50,228 nt of DNA from a virus: IMG/VR virus record IMGVR_UViG_3300037808_001410; one strand, written 5' to 3'. Shown piece after piece: positions 6,655-13,960 of the stretch. The notes beneath the pieces were generated by a model. The model ran no database searches. It was not told where the DNA came from and saw only the letters and a program-made list of their open reading frames with translations. The stretch's first letter is position 1, and every line of letters starts with the position of its first letter. The translations under genes were made by a program, and so were the position numbers.

Positions 6655-6918
6655 TCACCTCAGGCCCGTCCTCTCTTCGTACTCTTCCAGGGTCTCGTTG
6701 GGGTGCCACTGATTCCATGGTGCCATCGGATCGTCCCGGTAGGCAGGGTCATGCCAAGGCTGAGTAATGTCATCGGCCTCCCCCGGACTGTTCCAGGGTT
6801 GGTCGGGGTCAGTGTTCCTGTACTCACCACCTCCAGCGCATCCCATCAGGATCGCCATCAACCAGATCGCAGGAACAAGACTGATCCACCATTCAGGCGA
6901 TATGCCCCTTTTCGTCAA
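6655..6918 (-). CDS. Putative lipoprotein (87 aa)
   Basis: ORF track. TTG start. The signal peptide carries a lipobox (AIWLMAILMG-C-AGG). The mature part is Pro/Asp/Trp-rich. Confidence 0.55.
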   Translation of the reverse strand: MTKRGISPEWWISLVPAIWLMAILMGCAGGGEYRNTDPDQPWNSPGEADDITQPWHDPAYRDDPMAPWNQWHPNETLEEYEERTGLR

Positions 6919-7135
6919 CTGCGACCACCCCCTCCCGTGCCTTTTCGAGGTAGTCGGACAGGCGGTCCAAGACCTTGCGCTTGGAGCCCCTGAATCCGAA
7001 CTCCTCCTTCACAATCGCGTAGGTGGACCGACCACGCCTTGTCATGCCCATCATCTCCAGCCTCAGGGCCGACTTCAACACGGTCAGCCGGTACAGGCCA
7101 ATCGCGTGTGGGTTCGAAAGAGCTACACCCTCCAT
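6893..7135 (-). CDS. Hypothetical protein (80 aa)
   Basis: ORF track 6893..7138. ATG 7135 overlaps the upstream stop (TGATG). Confidence 0.6.
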   Translation of the reverse strand: MEGVALSNPHAIGLYRLTVLKSALRLEMMGMTRRGRSTYAIVKEEFGFRGSKRKVLDRLSDYLEKAREGVVAVDEKGHIA

Positions 7136-7371
7136 CACTGCCCTCCTTCCAAGTTACCCAAGGGCCTCATCGCCCCAAGGTCATCCTCTCGACTTGCCTC
7201 CGAGAAGGGTTCGCCGTCCCATCGGATGAACACTATACCCTTCTTGTCTTCAGTGGCGGGGACGCACTCGATGATCACGCCCTCCTCCAGCGGCTCCCAC
7301 ACATGGGGCCGCACCTCGCCCAACCTCTCGACCCGCTGGCCCACCCTCTTCTGGGCTTCTTCGAAGGTCAT
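7135..7371 (-). CDS. Hypothetical protein (78 aa)
   Basis: ORF track. ATG 7371 overlaps the upstream stop (ATGA). Confidence 0.6.
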   Translation of the reverse strand: MTFEEAQKRVGQRVERLGEVRPHVWEPLEEGVIIECVPATEDKKGIVFIRWDGEPFSEASREDDLGAMRPLGNLEGGQ

Positions 7372-8000
7372 GACTGTGCCCTTTCGAAGAGAGCCAGGAT
7401 CTTGTCCATGTCACTGTGGAGGATGGGCATAACCTTTCCGTTCTTGTCGTTCTTCAGGCTCCAGTACCCTTCACAGTCCTCAAGGGTCCACCCGTCCACC
7501 ACAAGACACCTCGACTCCAGGACTTCGATCCCGGTCGTGACTGTGGATACCTTCGGTTCGAACAGTGGGAGGTCGTCGGCCTTGGCTGGCAACTTCGGCA
7601 ACTTCTCACTGTTGCAGTAACCCTCGACAAGGGCCGTGACAGAGGCCGAGACCGTGTACCCCTTGGGGATGATGAAGGAGTACCCACAATACTTGGCCCA
7701 GGAGACCAGCTTGCCCTCCTCCAGGCCCAGTATGTTCTCAAGGCCACGGAGAGCCTGGAGGTTGATGCTCTTGTGGTGAGCCCTCTCGATCCGGCTCAAC
7801 CAGTCGTAGGACCTGCCGAGCTTCTTGCCGTACCAGTTCTGTTTGTGTCCATGTGTCTCACGGAGGGCCTTCACCAGTTGGCCGAAGTCCTCCCTGTTAT
7901 GCTTCCTCACCGTTATCCGGGTATCGTTGACCCGGGTCTCGACTGCCTTCCTGGTCTCCATGGCTGGATGCAGGGGCATCAGTGAAATTCTCTTTCCCAT
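7368..8000 (-). CDS. XRE-type helix-turn-helix regulator with a C-terminal domain (210 aa)
   Basis: ORF track. ATG 8000 follows GAAGGAAGG. The segment FGQLVKALRETHGHKQNWYGKKLGRSYDWLSRIERAHHKSINLQALRGLENILGL looks like an HTH. Confidence 0.65.
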   Translation of the reverse strand: MGKRISLMPLHPAMETRKAVETRVNDTRITVRKHNREDFGQLVKALRETHGHKQNWYGKKLGRSYDWLSRIERAHHKSINLQALRGLENILGLEEGKLVSWAKYCGYSFIIPKGYTVSASVTALVEGYCNSEKLPKLPAKADDLPLFEPKVSTVTTGIEVLESRCLVVDGWTLEDCEGYWSLKNDKNGKVMPILHSDMDKILALFERAQS

Positions 8001-8178
8001 TACTGCCTTCCTTCAGTTGGTATTCATACCATGCCATCTCACGGAGTAATATCTCCCTGGCCCAGAGCCTCCTCTTGAGCCTGTCTCGGGTGATCTGGGC
8101 GTACAGGCCGACACCATCGTGAAAGATGTGGCCTCCTACTTCCCTGGTCATGGCGTCTGCCCAGTGCTTCTCAGACAT
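7897..8178 (-). CDS. Hypothetical protein (93 aa), start and extent uncertain
   Basis: ORF track 7897..8355. Only the part from ATG 8178 (MSEKHWADAMTREVGG...) looks protein-like. Its 3' end overlaps the next gene by about 100 nt. Confidence 0.35.
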   Translation of the reverse strand: MSEKHWADAMTREVGGHIFHDGVGLYAQITRDRLKRRLWAREILLREMAWYEYQLKEGSNGKENFTDAPASSHGDQEGSRDPGQRYPDNGEEA

Positions 8179-8530
8179 CAGTGCGCTCACTTTCAAGTTG
8201 GATTGTGAGGAGCCAGACACAAGAGCAAGGGAGGTAGCCCTGAATCTCTCGATAGTCCTCGATCCACCACAACACTTTCTGGGTCTCTCCAGCCTCATCC
8301 TCGACTTCAACGACATCCTTCCACAGGCCAAGACTGTCTTCGCGTCTGATCCCATCGATCAGCCCATTGAGGCTTGGGCCACAGAATTTGGCGGCTATGG
8401 CATCGGAGAAGATCACCAGCACTTGCGCCGCGCTCTCGATGCCTATGCCGTCCCCTGCCTTCACAGCCCTAAGAGAGGCTTTCAACCGATCCGGTTCCTT
8501 TAGTGAACAGATGTTTGCCCTCCCGTCCAT
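8171..8530 (-). CDS. Hypothetical protein (119 aa), uncertain
   Basis: ORF track 8171..8536. ATG 8530 has no good SD and overlaps the upstream gene by about 60 nt. A + strand ORF (8126..8503) competes with it. The minus strand is preferred only on neighbourhood polarity. Confidence 0.3.
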   Translation of the reverse strand: MDGRANICSLKEPDRLKASLRAVKAGDGIGIESAAQVLVIFSDAIAAKFCGPSLNGLIDGIRREDSLGLWKDVVEVEDEAGETQKVLWWIEDYREIQGYLPCSCVWLLTIQLESERTDV

Positions 8531-9008
8531 CCTCAAGGCCTAGCCTGTAGGCGTCATGCAGGTGTCTGGTGATTGCCGCCACCATGCCATCCAACTCTTC
8601 CATGAGAGAGTCCCCCACCTCACATTTGCTGCCATAGGAGGAGAGTTCCCATCCGTTGGTGCCAGCTTTCAGGTGGTCGGGAATGCTGTCATTCTCCCAC
8701 ACTATTGGCACATCGATCTCGTACCCCTGAAGGTTGTCACCGTCATTGACAATGATCTCAGGGCCAAAGGGCGTCACCAGTCGAACACGCTCGACCATGA
8801 TCCTCGCCCCACCATCGATGCGTTCATCTTCGTTCTCATCATCAAGCTCTGAGATCCTGCCTGTGCAGTTGTCCACCTGGGTCACTAGGTCACTGATCTC
8901 ATCCTCCAGTTGGCTGAAATCCCGACTCTGGAGTGATTGGTAAACGGTATCGTTGATCTGTGATGTCAGATCGTCGATCTCTGTCTCAAGTTCAGATGCT
9001 GTCCACAT
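8469..9008 (-). CDS. Hypothetical acidic coiled-coil protein (179 aa)
   Basis: ORF track. ATG 9008 follows AAAGG and lies immediately downstream of the promoter at 9038-9067. Confidence 0.7.
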   Translation of the reverse strand: MWTASELETEIDDLTSQINDTVYQSLQSRDFSQLEDEISDLVTQVDNCTGRISELDDENEDERIDGGARIMVERVRLVTPFGPEIIVNDGDNLQGYEIDVPIVWENDSIPDHLKAGTNGWELSSYGSKCEVGDSLMEELDGMVAAITRHLHDAYRLGLEDGREGKHLFTKGTGSVESLS

Positions 9009-9037
9009 TCTATCGCCTTTCTGTGGTTGACAGGGTA

Positions 9038-9067
9038 ATCATATGATAATACTGTCACCACTGTCAA
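9038..9067 (-). promoter_or_regulatory. Sigma70-like promoter (internal to the early operon)
   Basis: Minus strand: -35 TTGACA (9067-9062), 18-nt spacer, -10 TATGAT (9043-9038). It is flanked by the inverted repeat GTTGACAG...CTGTCAAC (9026-9033 / 9061-9068). Confidence 0.55.
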
Positions 9068-9070
9068 CAC

Positions 9071-9310
9071 CTACCGGTCGCCCATCAATTGATCGTCCTT
9101 CCATCGGTCATAGTCATCATCGGCCTTCATGGCGATCCGGTCGATCTCGTAGTCGTCACAATTCTCATTCATGCAGACGAGGTTGCAGTCACTGTTCTCT
9201 TCAAGGGCCTCGCCACATTCTTCGCACTCCTCCACCTCCGTGGCATTGTCCACCATCGACGGTGTGACTCCAGGGGGTAGGTTCCAGTTCGGGTTCCCGG
9301 GCAGCTTCAT
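9071..9310 (-). CDS. Small acidic zinc-ribbon protein (79 aa)
   Basis: ORF track. ATG 9310 follows AGGAGGAG. Cys pairs are present: CEECGEALEENSDCNLVCMNENC. Confidence 0.65.
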   Translation of the reverse strand: MKLPGNPNWNLPPGVTPSMVDNATEVEECEECGEALEENSDCNLVCMNENCDDYEIDRIAMKADDDYDRWKDDQLMGDR

Positions 9311-9450
9311 CGCTCCTCCTTCCAGGGGTCGTATTTGAATGATGTACCGATCAGCGCCCCTGCTATGATTGTGAGAATCGCCACCCCTAATGAGATGGCG
9401 ACTCGCAGTAGAAAGTATGCCAGCTTGAGGATCTTAGTGAACCATTTCAC
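9307..9450 (-). CDS. Small single-pass membrane protein (47 aa, below the ORF-track cutoff)
   Basis: My own translation. GTG 9450 follows GGGAGGG. The sequence is VKWFTKILKLAYFLLRVAISLGVAILTIIAGALIGTSFKYDPWKEER. The stop overlaps the next ATG (ATGA at 9307-9310). It fills an otherwise empty 120-nt gap. Confidence 0.5.
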   Translation of the reverse strand: MKWFTKILKLAYFLLRVAISLGVAILTIIAGALIGTSFKYDPWKEER

Positions 9451-9802
9451 TGCCACCCTCCCGTTCCAGGGGCATGGACATCAACGTCACCTCTGAACAG
9501 GTGAAGTCTAAACCGGCCATGAACATTGCCCCGTCTGGGTCGCCCTCCAGTAGGCACCCGAAACAATCGCACTCACCATCCTGGTGGAAGTTGTAGGCAT
9601 ACTCCCATTCGATGAGGCACAAGTTGTCTCCCTCATCTGATATGCCAAACATCAGGGCCGACACTGGAATGCCGTCCTCATCCCTGACCACACCAAGCCC
9701 GATGTCGGTGACGGTCTTCCCGTGCATCTCTTCCACTTCTCTGGCCATTAAGTCCCAGGCAGCCTCTGCCTCAGGCCTGAGCTTACGCCGCCCTTCCACC
9801 AT
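9434..9802 (-). CDS. Hypothetical protein (122 aa)
   Basis: ORF track 9434..9853. ATG 9802 follows GAGGG (MVEGRRKLRPEAEAAWDLMAREVEEMHG...). Confidence 0.6.
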   Translation of the reverse strand: MVEGRRKLRPEAEAAWDLMAREVEEMHGKTVTDIGLGVVRDEDGIPVSALMFGISDEGDNLCLIEWEYAYNFHQDGECDCFGCLLEGDPDGAMFMAGLDFTCSEVTLMSMPLEREGGSEMVH

Positions 9803-10040
9803 TGGCCCTCGTCTTTCTCGACCGCGCTCTTGGCAGTCGGCGTTTTCCATCACCCGTCAAACAAAGGGATCGTGCCTGATTCGGAACTTCCCTCACCATT
9901 AAGCCAGCCTCGATCAGATCGGCACACGCGAGGTGAGCCGTTGCATAGGCAACGCCCATCTCTTCAGCAATCTCATTCAGGCTCGGTGGGAACTTCCTCT
10001 CCTTGGCCAGGTGGGCGAAGGCAATCAGACACTTGTCCAT
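9783..10040 (-). CDS. LexA-N-terminal-like winged-helix DNA-binding protein (85 aa)
   Basis: ORF track 9783..10151. ATG 10040 follows AAGGAGG. The segment KFPPSLNEIAEEMGVAYATAHLACADLIEAGLMVRE resembles the LexA DNA-binding domain pattern. Confidence 0.6.
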   Translation of the reverse strand: MDKCLIAFAHLAKERKFPPSLNEIAEEMGVAYATAHLACADLIEAGLMVREVPNQARSLCLTGDGKRRLPRARSRKTRANGGRAA

Positions 10041-10102
10041 CCTCGCCTCCTTCCCTCTCCATACTGTTGTCATAGTCACCTCCTCTCCATTGTTCTGACA
10101 GA

Positions 10103-10132
10103 ATTGTATACAACACACGATAACACTGTCAA
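10103..10132 (-). promoter_or_regulatory. Sigma70-like promoter with an overlapping TGTATACA palindrome
   Basis: Minus strand: -35 TTGACA (10132-10127), 18-nt spacer, -10 TACAAT (10108-10103). The palindrome TGTATACA sits at 10105-10112. The inverted repeat CTGACAG / CTGTCAA flanks the promoter. Confidence 0.55.
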
Positions 10133-10713
10133 GAATTTCTTCCTCGTCCATAGATGCAGATGCAGAAGGAGTCGCACATGTCGCTCTTGGGGCTCTCCCC
10201 CGTGAGGAGCTTGGTTAACCATTTGGCCGCGCCCTTCAACTCTGGACGGTGTGCCCCCCAGCCCTGTTTCAGAATTGGCGATTGCCAGGACGAGGGCTTG
10301 ACCATCACGACCCTCCATCCAGCCAGTTCAAAGATGACCTGCAACTTCGCCCGTGCAGTCACGGCCACGATGAGGCTCTTGGGGTTTCGTCCCAGGTAGG
10401 CGTCCTCGATGAAGACGGTGTGATCGTTCACCGGCAACTCAGCCAGCCGTCGGTACAGGCTGGCATAGGACGACGTATCATTGTCCACTTGCAGGGAATA
10501 ATACTGGGGGACTTGAGGACTGGAGAGCATGAAAGTGATGCAGTGGCCTTGCGATGATGGGTCTACTCCTGCGACAAGGGCTCCTGAGTCTCCCCGAACT
10601 CCTGGCCGAACAAGCCCCTTAAAATGTCCCTTGATGATGCCAAGCTCCCTGAGTTCTCTTCGTGCTGCCTTCGCGGTAACGAATCGGCCTCTGAGCGCTT
10701 TTCTCTCTCCCAT
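10129..10713 (-). CDS. RuvC-like Holliday-junction resolvase (194 aa)
   Basis: ORF track. ATG 10713 follows GGAGG. Acidic catalytic motifs sit in RuvC-like order: VAGVDPSS, VFIEDAYLG, SDMCDSFCI. The gene overlaps the 3' end of the RepO-like gene by 151 nt. Confidence 0.7.
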   Translation of the reverse strand: MGERKALRGRFVTAKAARRELRELGIIKGHFKGLVRPGVRGDSGALVAGVDPSSQGHCITFMLSSPQVPQYYSLQVDNDTSSYASLYRRLAELPVNDHTVFIEDAYLGRNPKSLIVAVTARAKLQVIFELAGWRVVMVKPSSWQSPILKQGWGAHRPELKGAAKWLTKLLTGESPKSDMCDSFCICIYGRGRNS

Positions 10714-11285
10714 GCCGCCTCCATCTCCCTGAAGTAGACCCTCTCAAACACACACGACCCATGGGTGTCGGCAAAGAAGAAGCCAAGGGAGTTGATTCTC
10801 ACCTTGGCCATCTTCGACTCCACCTTATCCACAAAGGGCTCTAGGCCGACCTCACCAGCCCACCTTGCCAACCTGACCCAATCAGCCGGGACTAGGCCAG
10901 ACTTCTTGCCATTCCACAGACCCCTCTTCCGAAGGGCACCGATGAACGTGGTCTCGATGGACAACTTCATGTCCCCGACCACCCATTCGCGGTACCTCTT
11001 GTTGACCGTGACCATGCGGTTCTCATCCACAAAAATCATAGCCTTGGCCCTGAGGGCCTTGATCGTCTTAGAGAGGTTGGTGGGATCGATGCCAGTCATG
11101 ATGGCGAGATTCTTCTGGACCAGCCTCGCGGTCTTCCTGTTCCACCCATAGGTCATCCTCATGATGCCCAGCATGACCTTGAATTCTCGCACTGTCATCG
11201 GCATTGCCATGAGGACTTCGAAGAGTTCGTTGGCAATCCTTACATACCCGTCTTCGCACTGTGGATTTCCTGTCCATTCATCCAT
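10563..11285 (-). CDS. Replication initiator, lambda-O-N-terminal-like (240 aa)
   Basis: ORF track 10563..11411, with ATG 11285. The segment GYVRIANELFEVLMAMPMTVREFKVMLGIMRMTYGWNRKTARLVQKNLAIMTGIDPTNLSKTIKAL matches the Phage_rep_O type pattern as I remember it. Confidence 0.65.
   Translation of the reverse strand: MDEWTGNPQCEDGYVRIANELFEVLMAMPMTVREFKVMLGIMRMTYGWNRKTARLVQKNLAIMTGIDPTNLSKTIKALRAKAMIFVDENRMVTVNKRYREWVVGDMKLSIETTFIGALRKRGLWNGKKSGLVPADWVRLARWAGEVGLEPFVDKVESKMAKVRINSLGFFFADTHGSCVFERVYFREMEAAWEREKRSEADSLPRRQHEENSGSLASSRDILRGLFGQEFGETQEPLSQE
10825..10833 (+). promoter_or_regulatory. Perfect DnaA-box 9-mer TTATCCACA inside the RepO-like gene
   Basis: Read directly at 10825-10833. 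A single perfect 9-mer could occur by chance in 50 kb. Confidence 0.3.
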
Positions 11286-11287
11286 CC

Positions 11288-11542
11288 TCAACCACCGAAT
11301 AGTTCGCGGTTGGGGCGATCCATCTGGCCCCTCAATATTGCGAACTCGTCGTAGACTTCTCTCTCGTCCCACCGGCCCGGGAAGGCTTCCAGCACCGCTG
11401 GTATGATCCATCCCCTGATGTAGTTGTAAGGGACCTTTTCCAACTGGGTATTGTATCGAGCCTTTGCAAGGTCCCTGATGGCCTCCATGGCCTCGGCGGC
11501 AGACCCTCTGTCGGGCCGGATGTATTCTTCCTTCTTTGGCAC
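11288..11542 (-). CDS. Hypothetical protein (84 aa)
   Basis: ORF track. GTG 11542 lies 6 nt after AGGAGG (11554-11549). Confidence 0.6.
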   Translation of the reverse strand: MPKKEEYIRPDRGSAAEAMEAIRDLAKARYNTQLEKVPYNYIRGWIIPAVLEAFPGRWDEREVYDEFAILRGQMDRPNRELFGG

Positions 11543-11568
11543 TGTGGGCCTCCTGTCTCTAGGTCGGC

Positions 11569-11597
11569 ATTGTATACAGGATTGTCAATACTGTCCA
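11569..11597 (-). promoter_or_regulatory. Sigma70-like promoter with an overlapping TGTATACA palindrome
   Basis: Minus strand: -35 TGGACA (11597-11592), 17-nt spacer, -10 TACAAT (11574-11569). The palindrome TGTATACA sits at 11571-11578. The -10 context ATTGTATACA is the same as at 10103-10112. Confidence 0.5.
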
Positions 11598-11812
11598 GAT
11601 GTTTTTGATGCTCTCACCTCCCCAGAATTCCACAGATACATGGCCTTCATCTCAGCCTCTATAAAGCCACCACACCTTGCCCAACAGACCTTCGTCTCGG
11701 CTCCACATTGCCAACACGTTGCCTGGGCATTGTATTCCATGTCGCTGACACGGTGCTTGGTGATGTCCGGGATTTCCTGTGATGCACAGGATGAGCAGGG
11801 TTTCCAGTCCAT
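11585..11812 (-). CDS. Lar-like (restriction-alleviation family) zinc-finger protein (75 aa)
   Basis: ORF track. Features are CSSC...CWQCGAETKVCWARC followed by EAEMKAMYLWNSG. This is the Cys-pair plus '...A..WN.R'-type ending that I associate with the Lar_restr_allev family. Confidence 0.5.
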   Translation of the reverse strand: MDWKPCSSCASQEIPDITKHRVSDMEYNAQATCWQCGAETKVCWARCGGFIEAEMKAMYLWNSGEVRASKTSGQY

Positions 11813-11828
11813 CGAATTACCCCTATAG

Positions 11829-11864
11829 AAAAAGCCCTGGTCGGGAGACAGGTCCGACCAGGGC
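11829..11864 (-). terminator. Rho-independent terminator or attenuator after ssb
   Basis: Perfect 11-bp stem GCCCTGGTCGG (11834-11844) / CCGACCAGGGC (11854-11864). On the minus strand it is followed by TTTTT (11833-11829). Confidence 0.75.
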
Positions 11865-11922
11865 CACGGAAGGCGATGAACAGAGATTGGAAGAATGGGC
11901 CACGGTCCACCGCCATGTCAAC

Positions 11923-12366
11923 TCAGAAGGGCAGATCATCCTCTTCATCGCGCCATGAATCTCCACCAGGGCCACCAGTCACCTGACCGGAATCCCCTCC
12001 ACTGGGGGCAGCGGTCTGCCCACCACCGTCATCTGACTTGGACCCCAGCATCAACATCTTGTAGGCCTTGATGCTGGTTGCATATTTCTCTACACCGTCC
12101 TGCGTGTACTTCCTGGTGTGGATCGAGCCCTCGACATAGATCTGTTTGCCCTTGTGGCAATACTTGGAGACGATCTCTGCCAACTTGCCCCAGAAGTCGA
12201 TCCTGTGCCAGTCGGTTTTCGACTTCTTCTCCCCGGTGTCCTTGTCCTTCCAGGTCTCGTCGGTGGCGAGTGAAACATTGCACACCTGGGAGCCGTTGTC
12301 GAAGGTCTTCAGTTCCGGGTCTTGACCCAACCGTCCAATCAGGGTCACCTTGTTGAGGCTTGCCAT
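11923..12366 (-). CDS. ssb: Single-stranded DNA-binding protein (147 aa)
   Basis: ORF track. The canonical OB-fold start MASLNKVTLIGRLGQDPELK, a Gly-rich linker and the acidic tail DEEDDLPF are present. Confidence 0.95.
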   Translation of the reverse strand: MASLNKVTLIGRLGQDPELKTFDNGSQVCNVSLATDETWKDKDTGEKKSKTDWHRIDFWGKLAEIVSKYCHKGKQIYVEGSIHTRKYTQDGVEKYATSIKAYKMLMLGSKSDDGGGQTAAPSGGDSGQVTGGPGGDSWRDEEDDLPF

Positions 12367-12369
12367 GGT

Positions 12370-12558
12370 TTAGGCCTCCAGGGGGTCGGTTTCGACGGGT
12401 GCCGTGACAGTGGCCTGATTGATCGCGTCGGCCACGACCACCAGGGCATCGGCATCACCGACATAAGCCAGATCACCGGCAATGCCAGACAGGACTTCCT
12501 TCGGCACATTGGCCAGGACTCTCTTCATCGCACTGTGTCTCTCTGATTTGGTCATCAT
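12370..12558 (-). CDS. Hypothetical protein (62 aa)
   Basis: ORF track. AGGAGAGA lies upstream of ATGATG 12558. Confidence 0.55.
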   Translation of the reverse strand: MMTKSERHSAMKRVLANVPKEVLSGIAGDLAYVGDADALVVVADAINQATVTAPVETDPLEA

Positions 12559-12571
12559 TCTCTCCTCGTTA

Positions 12572-12601
12572 GAAAATGCCCCTATCCCCAGGTCAGGGCA
12601 T
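12572..12601 (-). terminator. Weak hairpin plus U-tract after the annealase gene
   Basis: The minus strand reads ATGCCCT...AGGGGCAT (7 bp including one G-U pair) followed by TTTTCT. The structure is weak. Confidence 0.3.
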
Positions 12602-12660
12602 CAAAGACGGCCTGGAGGAGGCGATGAGACCTACCTGGGGACCGCCAAAACCACGAGCCT

Positions 12661-13581
12661 CTACTCGGGGTGTTTCGAACAACTTTCAAGGACCTCAATC
12701 ACCCTGTCGGCCTCTGAGTCTGTCAAGGCCATCGCCTTGAAGGGTACGGTGTCAGCCACCCTGCCACCCTTGCGTTCCCGGCCCTCGTTGACCCATTGGA
12801 CATACTTCTCGTAGATGGCCACAAACTCGGGGTCCTTGAGAGCCTCCGCTGTCTTGCGCTCCTTGGCCAGACCATGGATGAAGTACATCTGCTTCTTCGT
12901 GGCATAGCCGTCTGTGTCCACCTGAGGGGCCGTTGGGGTTCCATCCTCGTCACCTATCACAGTGGATGACCCAGCGGCCAACACCGCGCTCCCAGGGACC
13001 CTCACAAAGCCTTCAGGAGGCAAGGCCCAGGACGGCATCTCGGGAGGCCCCCAGTAGAATTTCGCCCAATCGGCGGCTTGGCCCTTCTTGGCCAGATTGA
13101 CGTTGGCAAAGTTGGGGGTCACCAGGGATGAGGAGCTATCGATCTGTGCCCAGCCCTCCTCCAGGTAGTACAGGTATCGGCCAATGCCCCACTGAGAACC
13201 GGCCCTCTTCATCGAACCAGAGATGCCGCCTTTGAAGGCTGCAAAGTTGGTCACCTCGGAGCCGTCTGTCTTGCCTACTCCTCCTGCCGTGATGGTGCAA
13301 AGGAAGCCACCATTGCCAACCGGGGCGATGACGGTATCCCAGCCCAAGGGGCCGAAGACATCATCGAGTCGGTTCATGATTGCGCGGTTATTGATGTAGG
13401 CAAGGATCTTCGCCCAAATACCTCCACCGCGCTTCTTGCCAACCCGATCAATCCTCCATTCGACATCATGAGCCGGGAAGGGGGCCTGCAACTTGGCCCT
13501 GGTCTCCCAGTCAGGTGAGTCGGTATTGATCACTATCGGGAAGTTGTCCGGTATGCCGAACTGCTTCAGGTCAGTCTCCAT
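12661..13581 (-). CDS. Rad52/Sak-like single-strand annealing protein (306 aa)
   Basis: ORF track. GGAGAG lies upstream. The segment APFPAHDVEWRIDRVG...AKILAYINNRAIMNRLDDVFGPLGWD...GGISGSMKRAGSQWGIGRYLY fits the Rad52_Rad22 family pattern. It sits beside ssb. Confidence 0.75.
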   Translation of the reverse strand: METDLKQFGIPDNFPIVINTDSPDWETRAKLQAPFPAHDVEWRIDRVGKKRGGGIWAKILAYINNRAIMNRLDDVFGPLGWDTVIAPVGNGGFLCTITAGGVGKTDGSEVTNFAAFKGGISGSMKRAGSQWGIGRYLYYLEEGWAQIDSSSSLVTPNFANVNLAKKGQAADWAKFYWGPPEMPSWALPPEGFVRVPGSAVLAAGSSTVIGDEDGTPTAPQVDTDGYATKKQMYFIHGLAKERKTAEALKDPEFVAIYEKYVQWVNEGRERKGGRVADTVPFKAMALTDSEADRVIEVLESCSKHPE

Positions 13582-13584
13582 CTC

Positions 13585-13821
13585 TCACTCTCCCATGTAT
13601 GAGTCTTTGACCCGGGGAGGTTCGACAACGGGCTGTTTGAGATCATCGGTGAGGCCACCCCTGGCAGCGACACCGGCCTTGTAGGCTTCCCAAATCTCAT
13701 GGTTGGTCAAGAGCGTGTCGGACATGAAGTCCTTGATCGAGATGCCCCTGTCTTTTGCCACCTTGCGGCAGGCATCGGCAACATCCTTGTTCACGCCCAG
13801 CACTGTGTATCCATCTGTCAT
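13585..13821 (-). CDS. Ribbon-helix-helix-like small regulator (78 aa)
   Basis: ORF track 13585..13896. ATG 13821 follows GGAGGG. The pattern YTVLGVNKDVADACRKVAKDRGISIKDFMSDTLL suggests a strand followed by two helices. It is the first gene after the promoter at 13865-13893. Confidence 0.5.
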   Translation of the reverse strand: MTDGYTVLGVNKDVADACRKVAKDRGISIKDFMSDTLLTNHEIWEAYKAGVAARGGLTDDLKQPVVEPPRVKDSYMGE

Positions 13822-13864
13822 CGTTCCCTCCATACGGTCTGTCTTTTCCGGGTGTCCGAGGCAC

Positions 13865-13893
13865 AGAATACCGAATGCTGGCAAACATGTCAA
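13865..13893 (-). promoter_or_regulatory. Sigma70-like promoter of the early leftward operon
   Basis: Minus strand: -35 TTGACA (13893-13888), 17-nt spacer, -10 TATTCT (13870-13865). Confidence 0.6.
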
Positions 13894-13960
13894 CATCCAT
13901 TTTGATACTAATGTCAGCCATAAAATTAGAATCTCTACCGGAAAGACATTTCGCCTTTAC

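Noticed and set aside
8126-8503. + strand 125-aa ORF as an alternative to the minus-strand ORFs at 7897-8536
   Set aside because: All neighbours are minus-strand and there is no promoter or SD on the + strand. I could not decide rigorously without codon statistics, so the minus-strand calls there carry low confidence.
11659-11916. 85-aa minus-strand ORF between ssb and the Lar-like gene
   Set aside because: It runs straight through the 11-bp terminator hairpin and overlaps the Lar-like gene out of frame. It is Arg/Pro-rich.
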